From the IMG/VR virus record IMGVR_UViG_3300026511_000002: a DNA stretch of 64,000 nt. One strand, written 5' to 3'. The translations under genes were made by a program, and so were the position numbers. Below are positions 18,951-30,143 of this stretch, in pieces; positions within the stretch are counted from its first letter, which is position 1, and each line of letters starts with the position of its first letter. Below the pieces are notes generated by a model, which saw nothing but the letters and a program-made list of their open reading frames with translations, ran no database searches and was not told where the DNA came from. Origin of the DNA: an uncultured virus (IMG/VR IMGVR_UViG_3300026511_000002). Lineage: Duplodnaviria; Heunggongvirae; Uroviricota; Caudoviricetes.

Positions 18951-20780
18951 ATGGCAGAATTAAAATTTTTAAGTACAATTAGAACGGGAGCAGAGTCTAT
19001 TAAGGCTGATGCTAGAACTTATATTTCTAGGGTATACAATAGAGCTAACACTTTGTTTACTTTAGCTTCACCGTTTGCACAAATAATAGCTGTACTATCA
19101 GAAATGATGGATCTTATTATGTATTATATTGAGGATTCTGTAGTAGAACAAAACATATATACTGCACAGCAACCAGAATCAATATATGGTATGTCAAGAT
19201 TGACAGGTCATGATGCGACAAGAGGATTTGCTTCTACTGGTGAAATTATATTTAGATGGAAACCTGGTGCTGATATGGCAAAAATAGCAGGAAGTTTATT
19301 AAATATTAATGGTAGATCAGAAATTAAATTTGATGCTAACGGAATGACGTATACTTTATTAAATTCTGTTGAATTATTTAAATTAGAAAAAACAAATTAT
19401 AATGCATTTAAAAGTGCAATAATTCAAGGTAAATTTGAATCACAAACTGTGACTTCTAATGGTGAAAAATTACAATCATTTAACATTAATACTGGTGGAA
19501 TCACTGATCATAGTAAAGTTACTGTAAGTGTTAATGGTGAGCAATGGACAAAGCATGAATCTCTTTATGATCTATTATCTGATGAGAAAGCATATTTAAT
19601 TAAAACTGGTATTAGTGGAGGTTTAGATCTTTATTTTGGAAATGGAAGTTTTGGAATGGTGCCACCAAATGGTGCTAGTATTAAAGTGGAATATGTAAAA
19701 CATTCTGGAATTGCTGGTAATTTAGATGATTCACCTGATCTAACTATTAAGTGGGATGCAACTGGTTATGATTCTAATGGAACAGAACATGATTTAAATG
19801 AATTCTTAGATGTAACTGTTACTTCATCTCCAAAAATGGGTAGTGATAGAGAGAATACTCAATTTACAAAAATAATGACACCACTTGCAAGTAAATCATT
19901 TGTATTAGCTACACCTGATAACTATGAATACTTTTTGTCAAGATATAATATGTTTTCTTACATAGATGCATATAACACTACTGACGATCAATATTTAGAT
20001 GATGATAATGTTATTTATATTTTTGCGGTGCCAGATGTTAATAAAAAATTAGCTAAAAATCAAGATTACTTTACTGTACCACAAGAAGAAATGTTCTTTG
20101 ATCAAGGTGAGTATGATGCAATGCATAAGGTTTTAGAAGATAGCGGCCAACAAATGGTAACAACTGAAGTTGTTTTTGTTAAGCCACAGATAAGAAAATA
20201 TAGTATTGATATTAATATTAGATTCTTTGAAGGTTATACTAAGGATGAAATTTACACAGCTGTAAGAGAGAGAATGTCAACATACTTATTAAATATAACA
20301 AGAAGAGATAAACTGCCTAAGTCTGATATTATTTATATCTTAGAAGAAGTAGCAGGTATTGACGCTGTAAATGTTAGGTTCATTTCAGAGACAGAAGAAA
20401 CAGCAAGAAGACTTGGTTATTATGAATCAATTACTACTACCGTGGTTCCACAAGAACCAGTAACACTGGAAACTGTAGGAAATGGAAAACAAAAATATGT
20501 TTTCTTTAAGAAAATAGAGGATGTAAAGGTGGTTCCAGTTGATGAAAATACTGTTATTCCTCCTAAGGTAAAAGGATTAGATCAGTGGGGTGATATTATA
20601 ATGGAAAAAGAAGAAGTTGCTGTTTTTAGAGGCGGATGGTTAGATAGAGATGGTGACGTTATGGAAGATGATGTGTTAATTAACGCTGAAGCTGCGGTAA
20701 GTATAAACTTTGAAGCAGATCCTGTGCCTAGAACAATATACACTAGAGTACAAGCTGGAAATAGAAAGGCACTTAAATAA
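18951..20780 (+). CDS. Baseplate wedge subunit (gp6-like)
   Basis: IYTAQQPESIYGMSRLTG, LYFGNGSFGMVPPNGASIKVEY, LATPDNYEYFL; follows gp25. Confidence 0.8.
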   Translation: MAELKFLSTIRTGAESIKADARTYISRVYNRANTLFTLASPFAQIIAVLSEMMDLIMYYIEDSVVEQNIYTAQQPESIYGMSRLTGHDATRGFASTGEIIFRWKPGADMAKIAGSLLNINGRSEIKFDANGMTYTLLNSVELFKLEKTNYNAFKSAIIQGKFESQTVTSNGEKLQSFNINTGGITDHSKVTVSVNGEQWTKHESLYDLLSDEKAYLIKTGISGGLDLYFGNGSFGMVPPNGASIKVEYVKHSGIAGNLDDSPDLTIKWDATGYDSNGTEHDLNEFLDVTVTSSPKMGSDRENTQFTKIMTPLASKSFVLATPDNYEYFLSRYNMFSYIDAYNTTDDQYLDDDNVIYIFAVPDVNKKLAKNQDYFTVPQEEMFFDQGEYDAMHKVLEDSGQQMVTTEVVFVKPQIRKYSIDINIRFFEGYTKDEIYTAVRERMSTYLLNITRRDKLPKSDIIYILEEVAGIDAVNVRFISETEETARRLGYYESITTTVVPQEPVTLETVGNGKQKYVFFKKIEDVKVVPVDENTVIPPKVKGLDQWGDIIMEKEEVAVFRGGWLDRDGDVMEDDVLINAEAAVSINFEADPVPRTIYTRVQAGNRKALK

Positions 20781-21064
20781 TGGGTTTATTTACAAATTTA
20801 TTTAACTATAGACAACGTAGAAGATATGATTCTGCTAAATCTAGAAAGGATGATAGATTACACACGGGATTTAACTACGATGATGAGTTGGCTCCAGGAG
20901 AATTTATTAGTAAGTCTTTGTCTGGTCACATTCAAAGAAATCAAACTATGCAACATTTTTTAATATTCTTAGATGACGCATTAAAGAATTTATTAAAGGG
21001 TGCAAGATATTTAAATAATTTTAAAAATTACACCGTTGACGAAAACACAAAGAAAACTAAATAA
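20780..21064 (+). CDS. Hypothetical (baseplate-associated) protein
   Basis: Translationally coupled between gp6-like and gp7-like genes. Confidence 0.6.
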   Translation: MGLFTNLFNYRQRRRYDSAKSRKDDRLHTGFNYDDELAPGEFISKSLSGHIQRNQTMQHFLIFLDDALKNLLKGARYLNNFKNYTVDENTKKTK

Positions 21065-23808
21065 TGTACGATAATTTAAGATTTTTTAAAGGATTAGAAT
21101 ATGATTTAAACTTCGTAAAGGATAACTCTGATGTTTATCAGGGAACTGTGCATTTATCTGAGGTTTCTGCTGGTTTATATGAAACTATTAATTTATTTAT
21201 ATTAGAAGAGTGTGAATTATTCGGAGACCCTATTATAAATTTCCCAGTATCTGAAACACCAGATAACGATAAATTTATATTTGAATGGAGTGAAGATACT
21301 AGATTTGGTAGTAAAGATATTACACTATATAATATAGATCATTCTGGAAATCTTCCAGTAATTAAAGAATTAAAATCTCAAACTATTGATCTAATAGATT
21401 TTAGTAAAGTTGCGGTATTTAATGATGGTACTAAGGCGTTGTGGGAACAAGATAGTACCGCTATTCAAATTAATATAGCGTTAAATTCATTAAAAGCTGG
21501 ACCACATGTTAGAAACTTGCACATTTATCATAGCGCAGCGGGTGTAAAAACACTTATAGCAGATATTGAAGTTTATGGTGAAGTAGTTGCTGAAGATGAA
21601 AGAACCAAAATTCTTCTTCAAAACTTTGGAGCTACATTAGATGAATCTGATTTTATGTTATTTAAAGATCATGACATTAGTGAAATGTCACCTGATTATA
21701 AATTACTGAATAAGAAAAGAAAGGAATTACTTTTAGAATTACACAACATAAAACCATTTGTTGGTACATATAAAGCAATATTGAATGCAATAGATTTCTT
21801 TGGTTATGACAAAATAACACTTAAGGAATATTGGTTAAATGTTAATAATTCTGTTAAGAACTTTGGTAAATTATTTGCAGTTCCAGTTCCTAACTCTTCT
21901 GTTAGGGGTGAAAACACTAGAAAGAAATTAGCGTTTAAACTGCCTTCTAGTACAATGAAAAAAACTAGTAAGTTTAGTCTTGTATATAGATTAAACGAGC
22001 CGAATGGAACATTTGATCATTGGGATATTCCTAATGTTGATGAGGTTTTTGATTATACACCAGAAGAAGTACTTATTAAACTATATGGTTTAAAGGCAAA
22101 GTTACAAAAAGATTATTTACCGCTTCAAGCAAAAATTATAGATATTACTGCCGAAGGAGATTACTTCTCTCAAAGAAATATAAATGTATGGAATATTCAA
22201 AATGGCATTGATTTCTTTAGTGAAGGACATGATATTAAGTTTAATGTATTTCCTAACGATAGACAGTTATTTATAGAAGATATGTCAATGGTTTTAAAAC
22301 CATCGCTTAATCAAGATGATGATTCTAATAACTATAATTTATTCTTAAATACTAAAAGCGGACAAGAACATACATTAACCCCAAATAATAGAACAGAATT
22401 AAAGAGTATATTTAGAGAGTTTTATGAAACATATCATAATCAAGAATTATATTCTTATAACCCTAACATTCCAATTGGATGTCCTGTATTATTAGACGGT
22501 ACAGAATCATTTGATGATATTTGGGATGAAGCTAAATTTACTTGGGAAGATGCTCACAATCCAAACGATACTTTGTTAATTACATGGAACGATTGGTGGA
22601 AAGCATGGGTTTATGAAATAGAATGGATTATTACAAGTAAAAATAAAGGGTATGATCAGACTTATAGGGGTGCGATAGATGATTATTTGATTCTTCCATT
22701 GATATTACCACATGATGACATATATACTGTCGAGATGAGAACATATGATCTCTTTGGGCACAGATCTCATTATAGAATGAAAGATCTAATAGATGTAAAA
22801 CTTAAAAATCTAGAATTATACGGTATTTATAAGTGGTTAGAAGATGATTCATGGGATAATAAAAATCTACCGTGGCAAAAATCAGGTGGTTATTGGAATC
22901 AACCTCAAGATAATGTAACAACTATCGATGATGATATTGCTACTCTTTATTTAACATTAGATAGAGCAAATTACATTCACTTTGAAGAAGATCAAGGAGT
23001 TAGATTTTCAACTGTTAGTAGGTATTTAGATATTTATTCTGAAACTGCATATAGTGAAACTACTGGACCATATACATGGGACGAATCAACGTTTGATTGG
23101 AAAGACACTGAGCATTTAGCGTGGCATTTCATGAGAGTTGGACCTGATTTAACTTCAAGTTTCAAAATAAATGATATACAACAAGGTGATACCTTAGTAA
23201 TAACACATAAAGATCCAAAAACTGGAGAAATAAGCACAGGATCTCATCAAATAGTTAATGCTACACCAACCACGTTTAATGATGTAAATGGTTGGACTCA
23301 AATAATGAATGAATTACAACAAAGTGAAGACTATGTTATTAGTAAATTTAATTATAACGCAATATTTGAAGATTCTGACGATAATGATGTAAGTGATGTT
23401 TTTAAATTCATATTGGTTGTAGGAAAAGAATACTCAAAAACTTATGATTTTGAAGACGCTTCGATAATAAAAATTAATAATTCATCAAACGCTAATATTA
23501 GCGGTGAAATTCACGTACAACATTACAATCCAACATGGGACGACACCAGAGTATTTAATGATTATGCAGAGGTTGAAAGATCTACACATGTTACATTTTC
23601 AACAGATATTTCTAGATTCCCTGGAAGTAAAAATGCTAAATGGACTATCACAAATATAACTAACCCAAAAATCACTGATATATACTATAATAATATGTGG
23701 CTTACATATATCTTTAAAGAACCTGGGTACTACAATATTCAGCTAGAAACTGAAGATACAAATGGAAATAAAAACCTTGTAAATAGGAACATGTTAAAAG
23801 TAAAATAA
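21064..23808 (+). CDS. Baseplate wedge protein (gp7-like) with C-terminal PKD-like domain
   Basis: VGTYKAILNAIDFFG motif; YIFKEPGYYNIQLETEDTNGN PKD-like end. Confidence 0.55.
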   Translation: MYDNLRFFKGLEYDLNFVKDNSDVYQGTVHLSEVSAGLYETINLFILEECELFGDPIINFPVSETPDNDKFIFEWSEDTRFGSKDITLYNIDHSGNLPVIKELKSQTIDLIDFSKVAVFNDGTKALWEQDSTAIQINIALNSLKAGPHVRNLHIYHSAAGVKTLIADIEVYGEVVAEDERTKILLQNFGATLDESDFMLFKDHDISEMSPDYKLLNKKRKELLLELHNIKPFVGTYKAILNAIDFFGYDKITLKEYWLNVNNSVKNFGKLFAVPVPNSSVRGENTRKKLAFKLPSSTMKKTSKFSLVYRLNEPNGTFDHWDIPNVDEVFDYTPEEVLIKLYGLKAKLQKDYLPLQAKIIDITAEGDYFSQRNINVWNIQNGIDFFSEGHDIKFNVFPNDRQLFIEDMSMVLKPSLNQDDDSNNYNLFLNTKSGQEHTLTPNNRTELKSIFREFYETYHNQELYSYNPNIPIGCPVLLDGTESFDDIWDEAKFTWEDAHNPNDTLLITWNDWWKAWVYEIEWIITSKNKGYDQTYRGAIDDYLILPLILPHDDIYTVEMRTYDLFGHRSHYRMKDLIDVKLKNLELYGIYKWLEDDSWDNKNLPWQKSGGYWNQPQDNVTTIDDDIATLYLTLDRANYIHFEEDQGVRFSTVSRYLDIYSETAYSETTGPYTWDESTFDWKDTEHLAWHFMRVGPDLTSSFKINDIQQGDTLVITHKDPKTGEISTGSHQIVNATPTTFNDVNGWTQIMNELQQSEDYVISKFNYNAIFEDSDDNDVSDVFKFILVVGKEYSKTYDFEDASIIKINNSSNANISGEIHVQHYNPTWDDTRVFNDYAEVERSTHVTFSTDISRFPGSKNAKWTITNITNPKITDIYYNNMWLTYIFKEPGYYNIQLETEDTNGNKNLVNRNMLKVK

Positions 23809-23822
23809 TAAAAACAATAAAA

Positions 23823-24389
23823 ATGGCAAACATTACTGAAATTTTAGGAACTGATTCAGTTTCTTCATCGAGACCGATCATCAATAGCAACTTTGAGTTG
23901 TTAAATGATGAGTTAGCATCTGTTACGGCCTTGTTAAACCCAACTACCTTAATTTTAAGTGGAGTCGCTAGCGTATCTACTTCATCGTTAACTGTTACAC
24001 AGAACGGTGCTAACTTATTATTAGTAAATAATTTAGGTGCCGCGTTTAACACTGCTGCAATTTTTAATTCATCTGTAAAATTAGATGGAGATTTAGTAAA
24101 AAGCGGAGTCTTAGGAACTGCTGCTACACCAACAACACAAGTTACACCAGTTTCAATAACTGCGGTTACTTACTTTATTGATAGTCACTTTACATTACCA
24201 GAAGCGGTAGATGGACAAGAGGTAACAATTATTAATGTTGACGGTAGTTCTAAATCTGTGTTATCAGGTACAGGAGCTACTTTAGGTGCTACATCTATTA
24301 CACTCGAAGGATTAAACTCAACAGTTACATTAAGATGTTTTGATAATAAATGGTATATTATCTCATCGCACAACACAACAATAGTATAA
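23823..24389 (+). CDS. Structural protein (fibre/baseplate)
   Basis: ITEILGTDSVSSSRPIINSNFELL N-terminus, similar to that of 38221; TLPEAVDGQEVTIIN fibre-type motif. Confidence 0.55.
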   Translation: MANITEILGTDSVSSSRPIINSNFELLNDELASVTALLNPTTLILSGVASVSTSSLTVTQNGANLLLVNNLGAAFNTAAIFNSSVKLDGDLVKSGVLGTAATPTTQVTPVSITAVTYFIDSHFTLPEAVDGQEVTIINVDGSSKSVLSGTGATLGATSITLEGLNSTVTLRCFDNKWYIISSHNTTIV

Positions 24390-24407
24390 ACAAAACTTAA
24401 AGAATAG

Positions 24408-26345
24408 ATGGCAACTCCTCTAGTTAGAATACCGCAGCCAATGGGCGGCACAATGTATGCTTTCGCATCTTCTGCGAGAGACATGACTAGGGCTTTTAAT
24501 AGTTCAGATTTAAATTTTGAGTTTAGTAAATACGCTTTATTAGATCTTCCAGATTTTACTGATTCTGTTAATGGCTCTAACACAATAGATTTTGAATTAA
24601 ATCTTAAACAACCTTCAGGTGATGCATATGTTGCTGGAATGCCTAATGTGGATTTTGCACAAACATTCCAAAATTATGCGCTTAACTTAGAAGAGCTGTT
24701 ATTAAAAGACGATGATTATGATCCAATAATATTACAATCAGATTCTGAAAAGATATTTTTTAAATGGTTAAGTTCTTTGGGTGCAGTAGATTTTATTGCA
24801 GCTGATTCTAACCAGACACTTGTTGGTAATTATACCGAAAAAGTTAATGGTACGTTTGCTAGTGATAACTACGATAGAGTTGTTAAATATTTAGGAACAA
24901 TAGATGCTGAAAACGATGTTGCATATCAAGGTAACACGTATCATGAAGTCTATATTAATGTACCTACTTCAGTAGGTTATACTCCGACTGTTTTATTTAA
25001 ACCAACAAATTATAATACGACTGCAACAAAATTATATGCAAGTGATTATGTAGAGGGCAGAGAGGCACAATTACACCCTGATCCAAACATAAACATGAAT
25101 ACTGTTGTTGACGAATATACGTCAAGTAGTGGAGCTTATTATAATATTCAAACTAATGCTACTAACAGCGTTGGAATTAATTTCGATGCAACTGCATATG
25201 AAGAAATTAATAATGACGTTGAAGTAGAATCACTATTAGATTTTGCTAAAAAGGGACAAAGGTTTACATTTAATGCCATTCTTGTATACTATGATATTTA
25301 TAGCGAATCTATTTCTGCAAATAGAGCAACTAACTTATATGGAATATTAATTTTAGATGATATACAGGACGCTTATGGACCTGGTTCTAAAATTAACGAA
25401 CAAATTAAATTTAAACCGAACGAGGTTACAGGTTTAAATGGTAATGCATTTTCTTTAAAATTAAATCTTAAATTTAATTCTTCATTAGATAATGTTGGTG
25501 TAGAAACAAGTGTAAATGATTTTACAACTTTCTCTATGGATTTATTCATGGACACAACAACTGCTCTTGAAAATGCAACTGAATTGTTAATACAAGCTAA
25601 TAATAGATATGCTGCTATTGTAGAAAGATTAGATTCTATAGAAAATATTGTTTCTTCTACTGAAGACACAACTGCTTTATCGCAAAAGGTTCAAGTATTA
25701 GAAGATGATTTTCAAAGTAGTTCTCTTCAATTAGCGGATTCAAATTCTCTTTTAGAATTAATAACAAAGGCACATACTAAAATTAATTCTTTAATTGATG
25801 GAACTATTCCAGTAGAATTACAATACAATACAGATATTATATTTGCTGGAAAGGGTACAGAAGTTGATAAAACTATTCCTAATAAAATTAAAATTGACAG
25901 TACAGTTGACGGTTATACATTAAATAGCCCATACTTGTGGAATATAGCAGCAAGAACAATCGCTACTAAATTATCTACAACAGAGCAATTTGATGCAGGT
26001 GTAGCAGGGAATGGATCTTCTAAGTTTGCAATTTGGTCTAGACTTGAAGAATTTTCAAACAGATTAAGTTTAAAAGGATTATTCTCATCTGAGCCCGAAA
26101 GTGACCTTAATATATACATTGACGATAGTTTAGTTTCGTGGAAAAACGGACAAACTTTCAAAATTACATTTGATGAAATAAATATGTCAGGAAATAATAT
26201 TAAATTTTGGACAAACTCAGTTGGAGGTTTTGATCAATTAATATTTAATGTTGACTCAACTCAATTAATAACAAATAAACCATATATTGAATTAGTGTGT
26301 ATTGATTACACTAACTATCAATTTGAAGCCGATATTTTAAGATAA
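24408..26345 (+). CDS. Structural protein (baseplate/tail)
   Basis: Cluster context; internal coiled coil. Confidence 0.5.
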   Translation: MATPLVRIPQPMGGTMYAFASSARDMTRAFNSSDLNFEFSKYALLDLPDFTDSVNGSNTIDFELNLKQPSGDAYVAGMPNVDFAQTFQNYALNLEELLLKDDDYDPIILQSDSEKIFFKWLSSLGAVDFIAADSNQTLVGNYTEKVNGTFASDNYDRVVKYLGTIDAENDVAYQGNTYHEVYINVPTSVGYTPTVLFKPTNYNTTATKLYASDYVEGREAQLHPDPNINMNTVVDEYTSSSGAYYNIQTNATNSVGINFDATAYEEINNDVEVESLLDFAKKGQRFTFNAILVYYDIYSESISANRATNLYGILILDDIQDAYGPGSKINEQIKFKPNEVTGLNGNAFSLKLNLKFNSSLDNVGVETSVNDFTTFSMDLFMDTTTALENATELLIQANNRYAAIVERLDSIENIVSSTEDTTALSQKVQVLEDDFQSSSLQLADSNSLLELITKAHTKINSLIDGTIPVELQYNTDIIFAGKGTEVDKTIPNKIKIDSTVDGYTLNSPYLWNIAARTIATKLSTTEQFDAGVAGNGSSKFAIWSRLEEFSNRLSLKGLFSSEPESDLNIYIDDSLVSWKNGQTFKITFDEINMSGNNIKFWTNSVGGFDQLIFNVDSTQLITNKPYIELVCIDYTNYQFEADILR

Positions 26346-26346
26346 T

Positions 26347-29300
26347 ATGAATACTAATAACTCTATTTCTAATTCGCTCAAGAAACTACTTGAAATTAAT
26401 TCAAATTCTTTAAAGACATTTGAAAGAATCAATGAGGCGATAACTACAGATCAAAAGGATGTACCTCTTGAATTGCTAACTGAAGACGGAACTAAAACTG
26501 TTTATGTGCCTTCCTTTGGTTACATGAAAAGAGAATTAGAAAGATTAGATGTTAATTTAAAATCTTTAGCAGGTTTAGGAAAAGGAAATACTAGGATTAA
26601 ATTACCAGACGGTACTTACCAAAGTATTATTACAACACGATTAAAAACTCCTGCAAATGACATAACTAGTTTTGTTAGACCAGTTAATTTTGGTACAAAA
26701 CCTAACTATTTCTTTGAAGACTTTTTAAATCCTTTACTTACAACTAGTATTAATGTTAGTGGACAAATTCCAAATGAAACTGAAAGAGTTTTAGTAAAAC
26801 GAATTTTATTTGATTCTACAAGTGCAGTCACTGTTGAATATTTTAACACTAATTTTAAAAACAAAGAAAACCTAGATTATAATACTGTAATTAGAGATAT
26901 TGCAAATAATAGTTTAACATACATACTAGATGAAGATACTCGTGATCTTCCATATAGAACTGCACAATTTACTGGTAAATTTGATGTATTAAAAATTAGT
27001 AATTCTAAAAGAGAAGTTTTAGTCGATGGTGTTACTAAAAAGAAAGCTATAAAATTATACACTATAGATTCTTTAACATATTCTGATTCTAATAAAGATC
27101 TAAAAGATACTGAAGCACTTAAGGTTGGAGATGAATTAATGGTTCAAAGCGGTGCTAGAAATACTAGATATAAAATAACTAGAATCGATGGTTCGGCTAA
27201 TCAGGTTGAATTATTAATAGTAGAAGGATATGAATCTATTAAGATCGGAGCCAATCAACTGGGCATATATAAAAACGATGAGGCTAACTTAAGCATAGAT
27301 ATTAATGTAGGATTTAATGAAAGAGCATTAGTTTTTGTTAAAGCTATAGATTCAGATTCTAAAATATTGGCAGAAAATTGGTCACCTGGTATTGGATTTT
27401 ATTCAAACGAATTAACATTAATCCAAGCTGATGGGTCATCAATTAGATTAGATGATTATTACAAAGCAGAAGTTGCTGATTTTGGGAAATATATTACAGC
27501 ACTTAAAGAAGATGCTATCCCTCCAGCAGCACAAGGTATTACACCCGATGCTCCTTCTTTAAACAATAACAACTTTAAAGTAGTTCAAATTAATTCTCAT
27601 TTGACGGCTAACGATACTGCTGATAAAATTAAGAAGCTATCTGCTGATAAAATTAATGTAGAAGAGAAGATTAAGAAATTAGATGAAACTATAGTTAAAA
27701 AACGTTCTGAAATTTCTACTAAAAAATATGAATCTTCGATACAACAAGATAAAGATAAAAATGAATTAAACTCACTTATTACAGAGAGAACAAGTGAAAC
27801 TAGTTTATACAATAGTATTGTAAATCAAATTCAATCATTAGCTTCTGGAAGCAATGCACCAAAAATTGCCCCTAAGTATAGGGTTAGAGGATTCTGGGAA
27901 ATTCCAGTGGCAAAGAAAGTTGCTGATACATTAGATCAAAACATTGTTAGATTTGTTGTACAATATAGATACTTGTCAACTAGCGGAAAAGCAAGTGAAG
28001 TTACTCAACTACCGTTTACTGATGGAACAAGAGAAAAAACAGCAGTCTTTTCTAACTGGAATGAAATGGAAACTAAAGTTAGATCTAGATATAGAAACTC
28101 GATCACTAGAAAATTTGAGTGGAAAGATAGTTTAGTAGAGGATGCACAAGAGGTAAACTTTAACCAACTAGATCTTGCAATTAACGAAGGTGAATTAGTT
28201 GAAATTAGAGTTAAATCAGTATCTGAAGCTGGATATCCTGCAAACCCAATATATTCTGATTGGTCAGAATCAATTACAATTGATTTTCCTATTACAGAAA
28301 TCGATACTACTAATGTTGACGCATTGTTAATGTCAAATGCGGCTGAAACAGCATCCGTTAAAATATCACAAGAACTTACCTCTAAAGGTGTGTTTACACA
28401 TATTGATGATTCATTTAGTGCTAACGAAAAATATTATGCACATAACGCAACATCAATTGCATCAGGATTCTTATCAGCTGAACAAAAACCAATCTCAGTA
28501 TATGATAAAATTGCTGAGTTAGAATTACAAATTTCAGAGCTTAAGGGTACGGTAGAAGTTGAAATAGGTGAATTAGTTGTTAAAATAATGGATGAGGACG
28601 GTACAATTACCGTTATTAACAATGACACCAAAAACCAAATATTTGCTGGTTATTATACAGATGAGGTTGCAAGTCTTACTGTTAAAAAAGGTCACATTGT
28701 TACAAAGACGTTTAAACTTCTATTAGAAAACACAAAAGCTACTAAACTTGAATTAGTTTCAAGATTAGTTGGAGATAGAAACTTACCAGCATACAGATCT
28801 AGTGCATCAGGTACTAGTATTGCTGATAATGGGTTTGGTGTAAAATTAAATGATTTAGGAGTTGCTGACACTGATAATAAAATTTCGTCAGACAATTATT
28901 ACACATCTGAAGGTAAATACGATTTAGTTCCTATTCAGTTTCAAAATATAAGTACATCTTCTATTAATTCTTATGATTTATTAGCTGAAGCACCGTATCA
29001 ATCAGCACAAAGACGTGGTCAATTTGTTTATTCTAGATTTATGGATGTTTCAAATCAAAATCCGCTATATGTTACTGAATCATTACTTGGTAGTGGGTCG
29101 GTAGATTTTAATAGTTATGAATATGGTTTAGGGTATGCTATTTTTGAAGGTGATTCAAGTGCAATTAACATTAAAGCATCAACAGGTAACGGTGATTCGG
29201 TAGATTTCATATGGACTGGAACGTTCGGTACACATGGTAATTCTACAAATGCAGACTTAAGTGGAGGTTTTCAATCTGACAAAATAGATGTATGTAGTGT

Positions 29301-30063
29301 TGGAACTATAGGTGCTGCGAATTATAATAATGGTTTATATCTTCACAAGGATCATCCTGATTTAGAGAACATATATTCATCATATGTTGAAGCTGTGCCT
29401 AATTCAAGTAGTGTTTCAGACGCGGATCAAAAAGATAATTTACAAGATGTTGTAGATAATGCACTTTATACAATGCCGATTCCTTCTACATATGCAACTG
29501 GAACAACGTTTGTTTATAACAATCCATTAATAGGAAATAGCTTTTCATCTCCACTGGTGGATGCAGTTAAAGCTACAAAACAATTAGCGTTTCAAAAAAC
29601 TGATAATAATTTCATCAAATCGGGCGACAGAACATTTAAAATGTCATTTGATGCAAATGACCAATTTCTTTTAGGTGGACGCTCATGTGGTGCATTCTTA
29701 TTTTTATCGCCTATTAATTTAGATACTTTAAAAGTTGAAGGTGATGCTAAACAAAGTAGAAAAAGTATTAAAAAGAAAGTCGGTACTTTAGACAGTTCTA
29801 GCGCTCTTTCAGTTGATATTATATTCCAATATAGAATGACTGATTATTTTGGTAACGATCCTGATTCTGATATCGGTAGAGTAGGTGGTCAAGCTAAATT
29901 AAGATTCCCAAATCTTACATACACTAAGAAAATAGGATTAGATATTTTTGACAAATATGATCAACAATTCTCATTTGATTTAGAAGTGTTTGCTAAATAT
30001 AGAGCTAAAGGTAAAAACTTAAATTCTATTAGAGCTGCGAAGCTAACTAGATTCGCTAGATAA
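26347..30063 (+). CDS. Large structural protein with coiled coil and FN3-like segment
   Basis: EIRVKSVSEAGYP..YSDWSE FN3-like motif; cluster context. Confidence 0.5.
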   Translation: MNTNNSISNSLKKLLEINSNSLKTFERINEAITTDQKDVPLELLTEDGTKTVYVPSFGYMKRELERLDVNLKSLAGLGKGNTRIKLPDGTYQSIITTRLKTPANDITSFVRPVNFGTKPNYFFEDFLNPLLTTSINVSGQIPNETERVLVKRILFDSTSAVTVEYFNTNFKNKENLDYNTVIRDIANNSLTYILDEDTRDLPYRTAQFTGKFDVLKISNSKREVLVDGVTKKKAIKLYTIDSLTYSDSNKDLKDTEALKVGDELMVQSGARNTRYKITRIDGSANQVELLIVEGYESIKIGANQLGIYKNDEANLSIDINVGFNERALVFVKAIDSDSKILAENWSPGIGFYSNELTLIQADGSSIRLDDYYKAEVADFGKYITALKEDAIPPAAQGITPDAPSLNNNNFKVVQINSHLTANDTADKIKKLSADKINVEEKIKKLDETIVKKRSEISTKKYESSIQQDKDKNELNSLITERTSETSLYNSIVNQIQSLASGSNAPKIAPKYRVRGFWEIPVAKKVADTLDQNIVRFVVQYRYLSTSGKASEVTQLPFTDGTREKTAVFSNWNEMETKVRSRYRNSITRKFEWKDSLVEDAQEVNFNQLDLAINEGELVEIRVKSVSEAGYPANPIYSDWSESITIDFPITEIDTTNVDALLMSNAAETASVKISQELTSKGVFTHIDDSFSANEKYYAHNATSIASGFLSAEQKPISVYDKIAELELQISELKGTVEVEIGELVVKIMDEDGTITVINNDTKNQIFAGYYTDEVASLTVKKGHIVTKTFKLLLENTKATKLELVSRLVGDRNLPAYRSSASGTSIADNGFGVKLNDLGVADTDNKISSDNYYTSEGKYDLVPIQFQNISTSSINSYDLLAEAPYQSAQRRGQFVYSRFMDVSNQNPLYVTESLLGSGSVDFNSYEYGLGYAIFEGDSSAINIKASTGNGDSVDFIWTGTFGTHGNSTNADLSGGFQSDKIDVCSVGTIGAANYNNGLYLHKDHPDLENIYSSYVEAVPNSSSVSDADQKDNLQDVVDNALYTMPIPSTYATGTTFVYNNPLIGNSFSSPLVDAVKATKQLAFQKTDNNFIKSGDRTFKMSFDANDQFLLGGRSCGAFLFLSPINLDTLKVEGDAKQSRKSIKKKVGTLDSSSALSVDIIFQYRMTDYFGNDPDSDIGRVGGQAKLRFPNLTYTKKIGLDIFDKYDQQFSFDLEVFAKYRAKGKNLNSIRAAKLTRFAR

Positions 30064-30143
30064 ACCACAACATACGATAGTCTATAATAAATCTGGATAT
30101 ATAATACAGACAAAAGTATTGTATGCAAAAAAGATTTTAATAG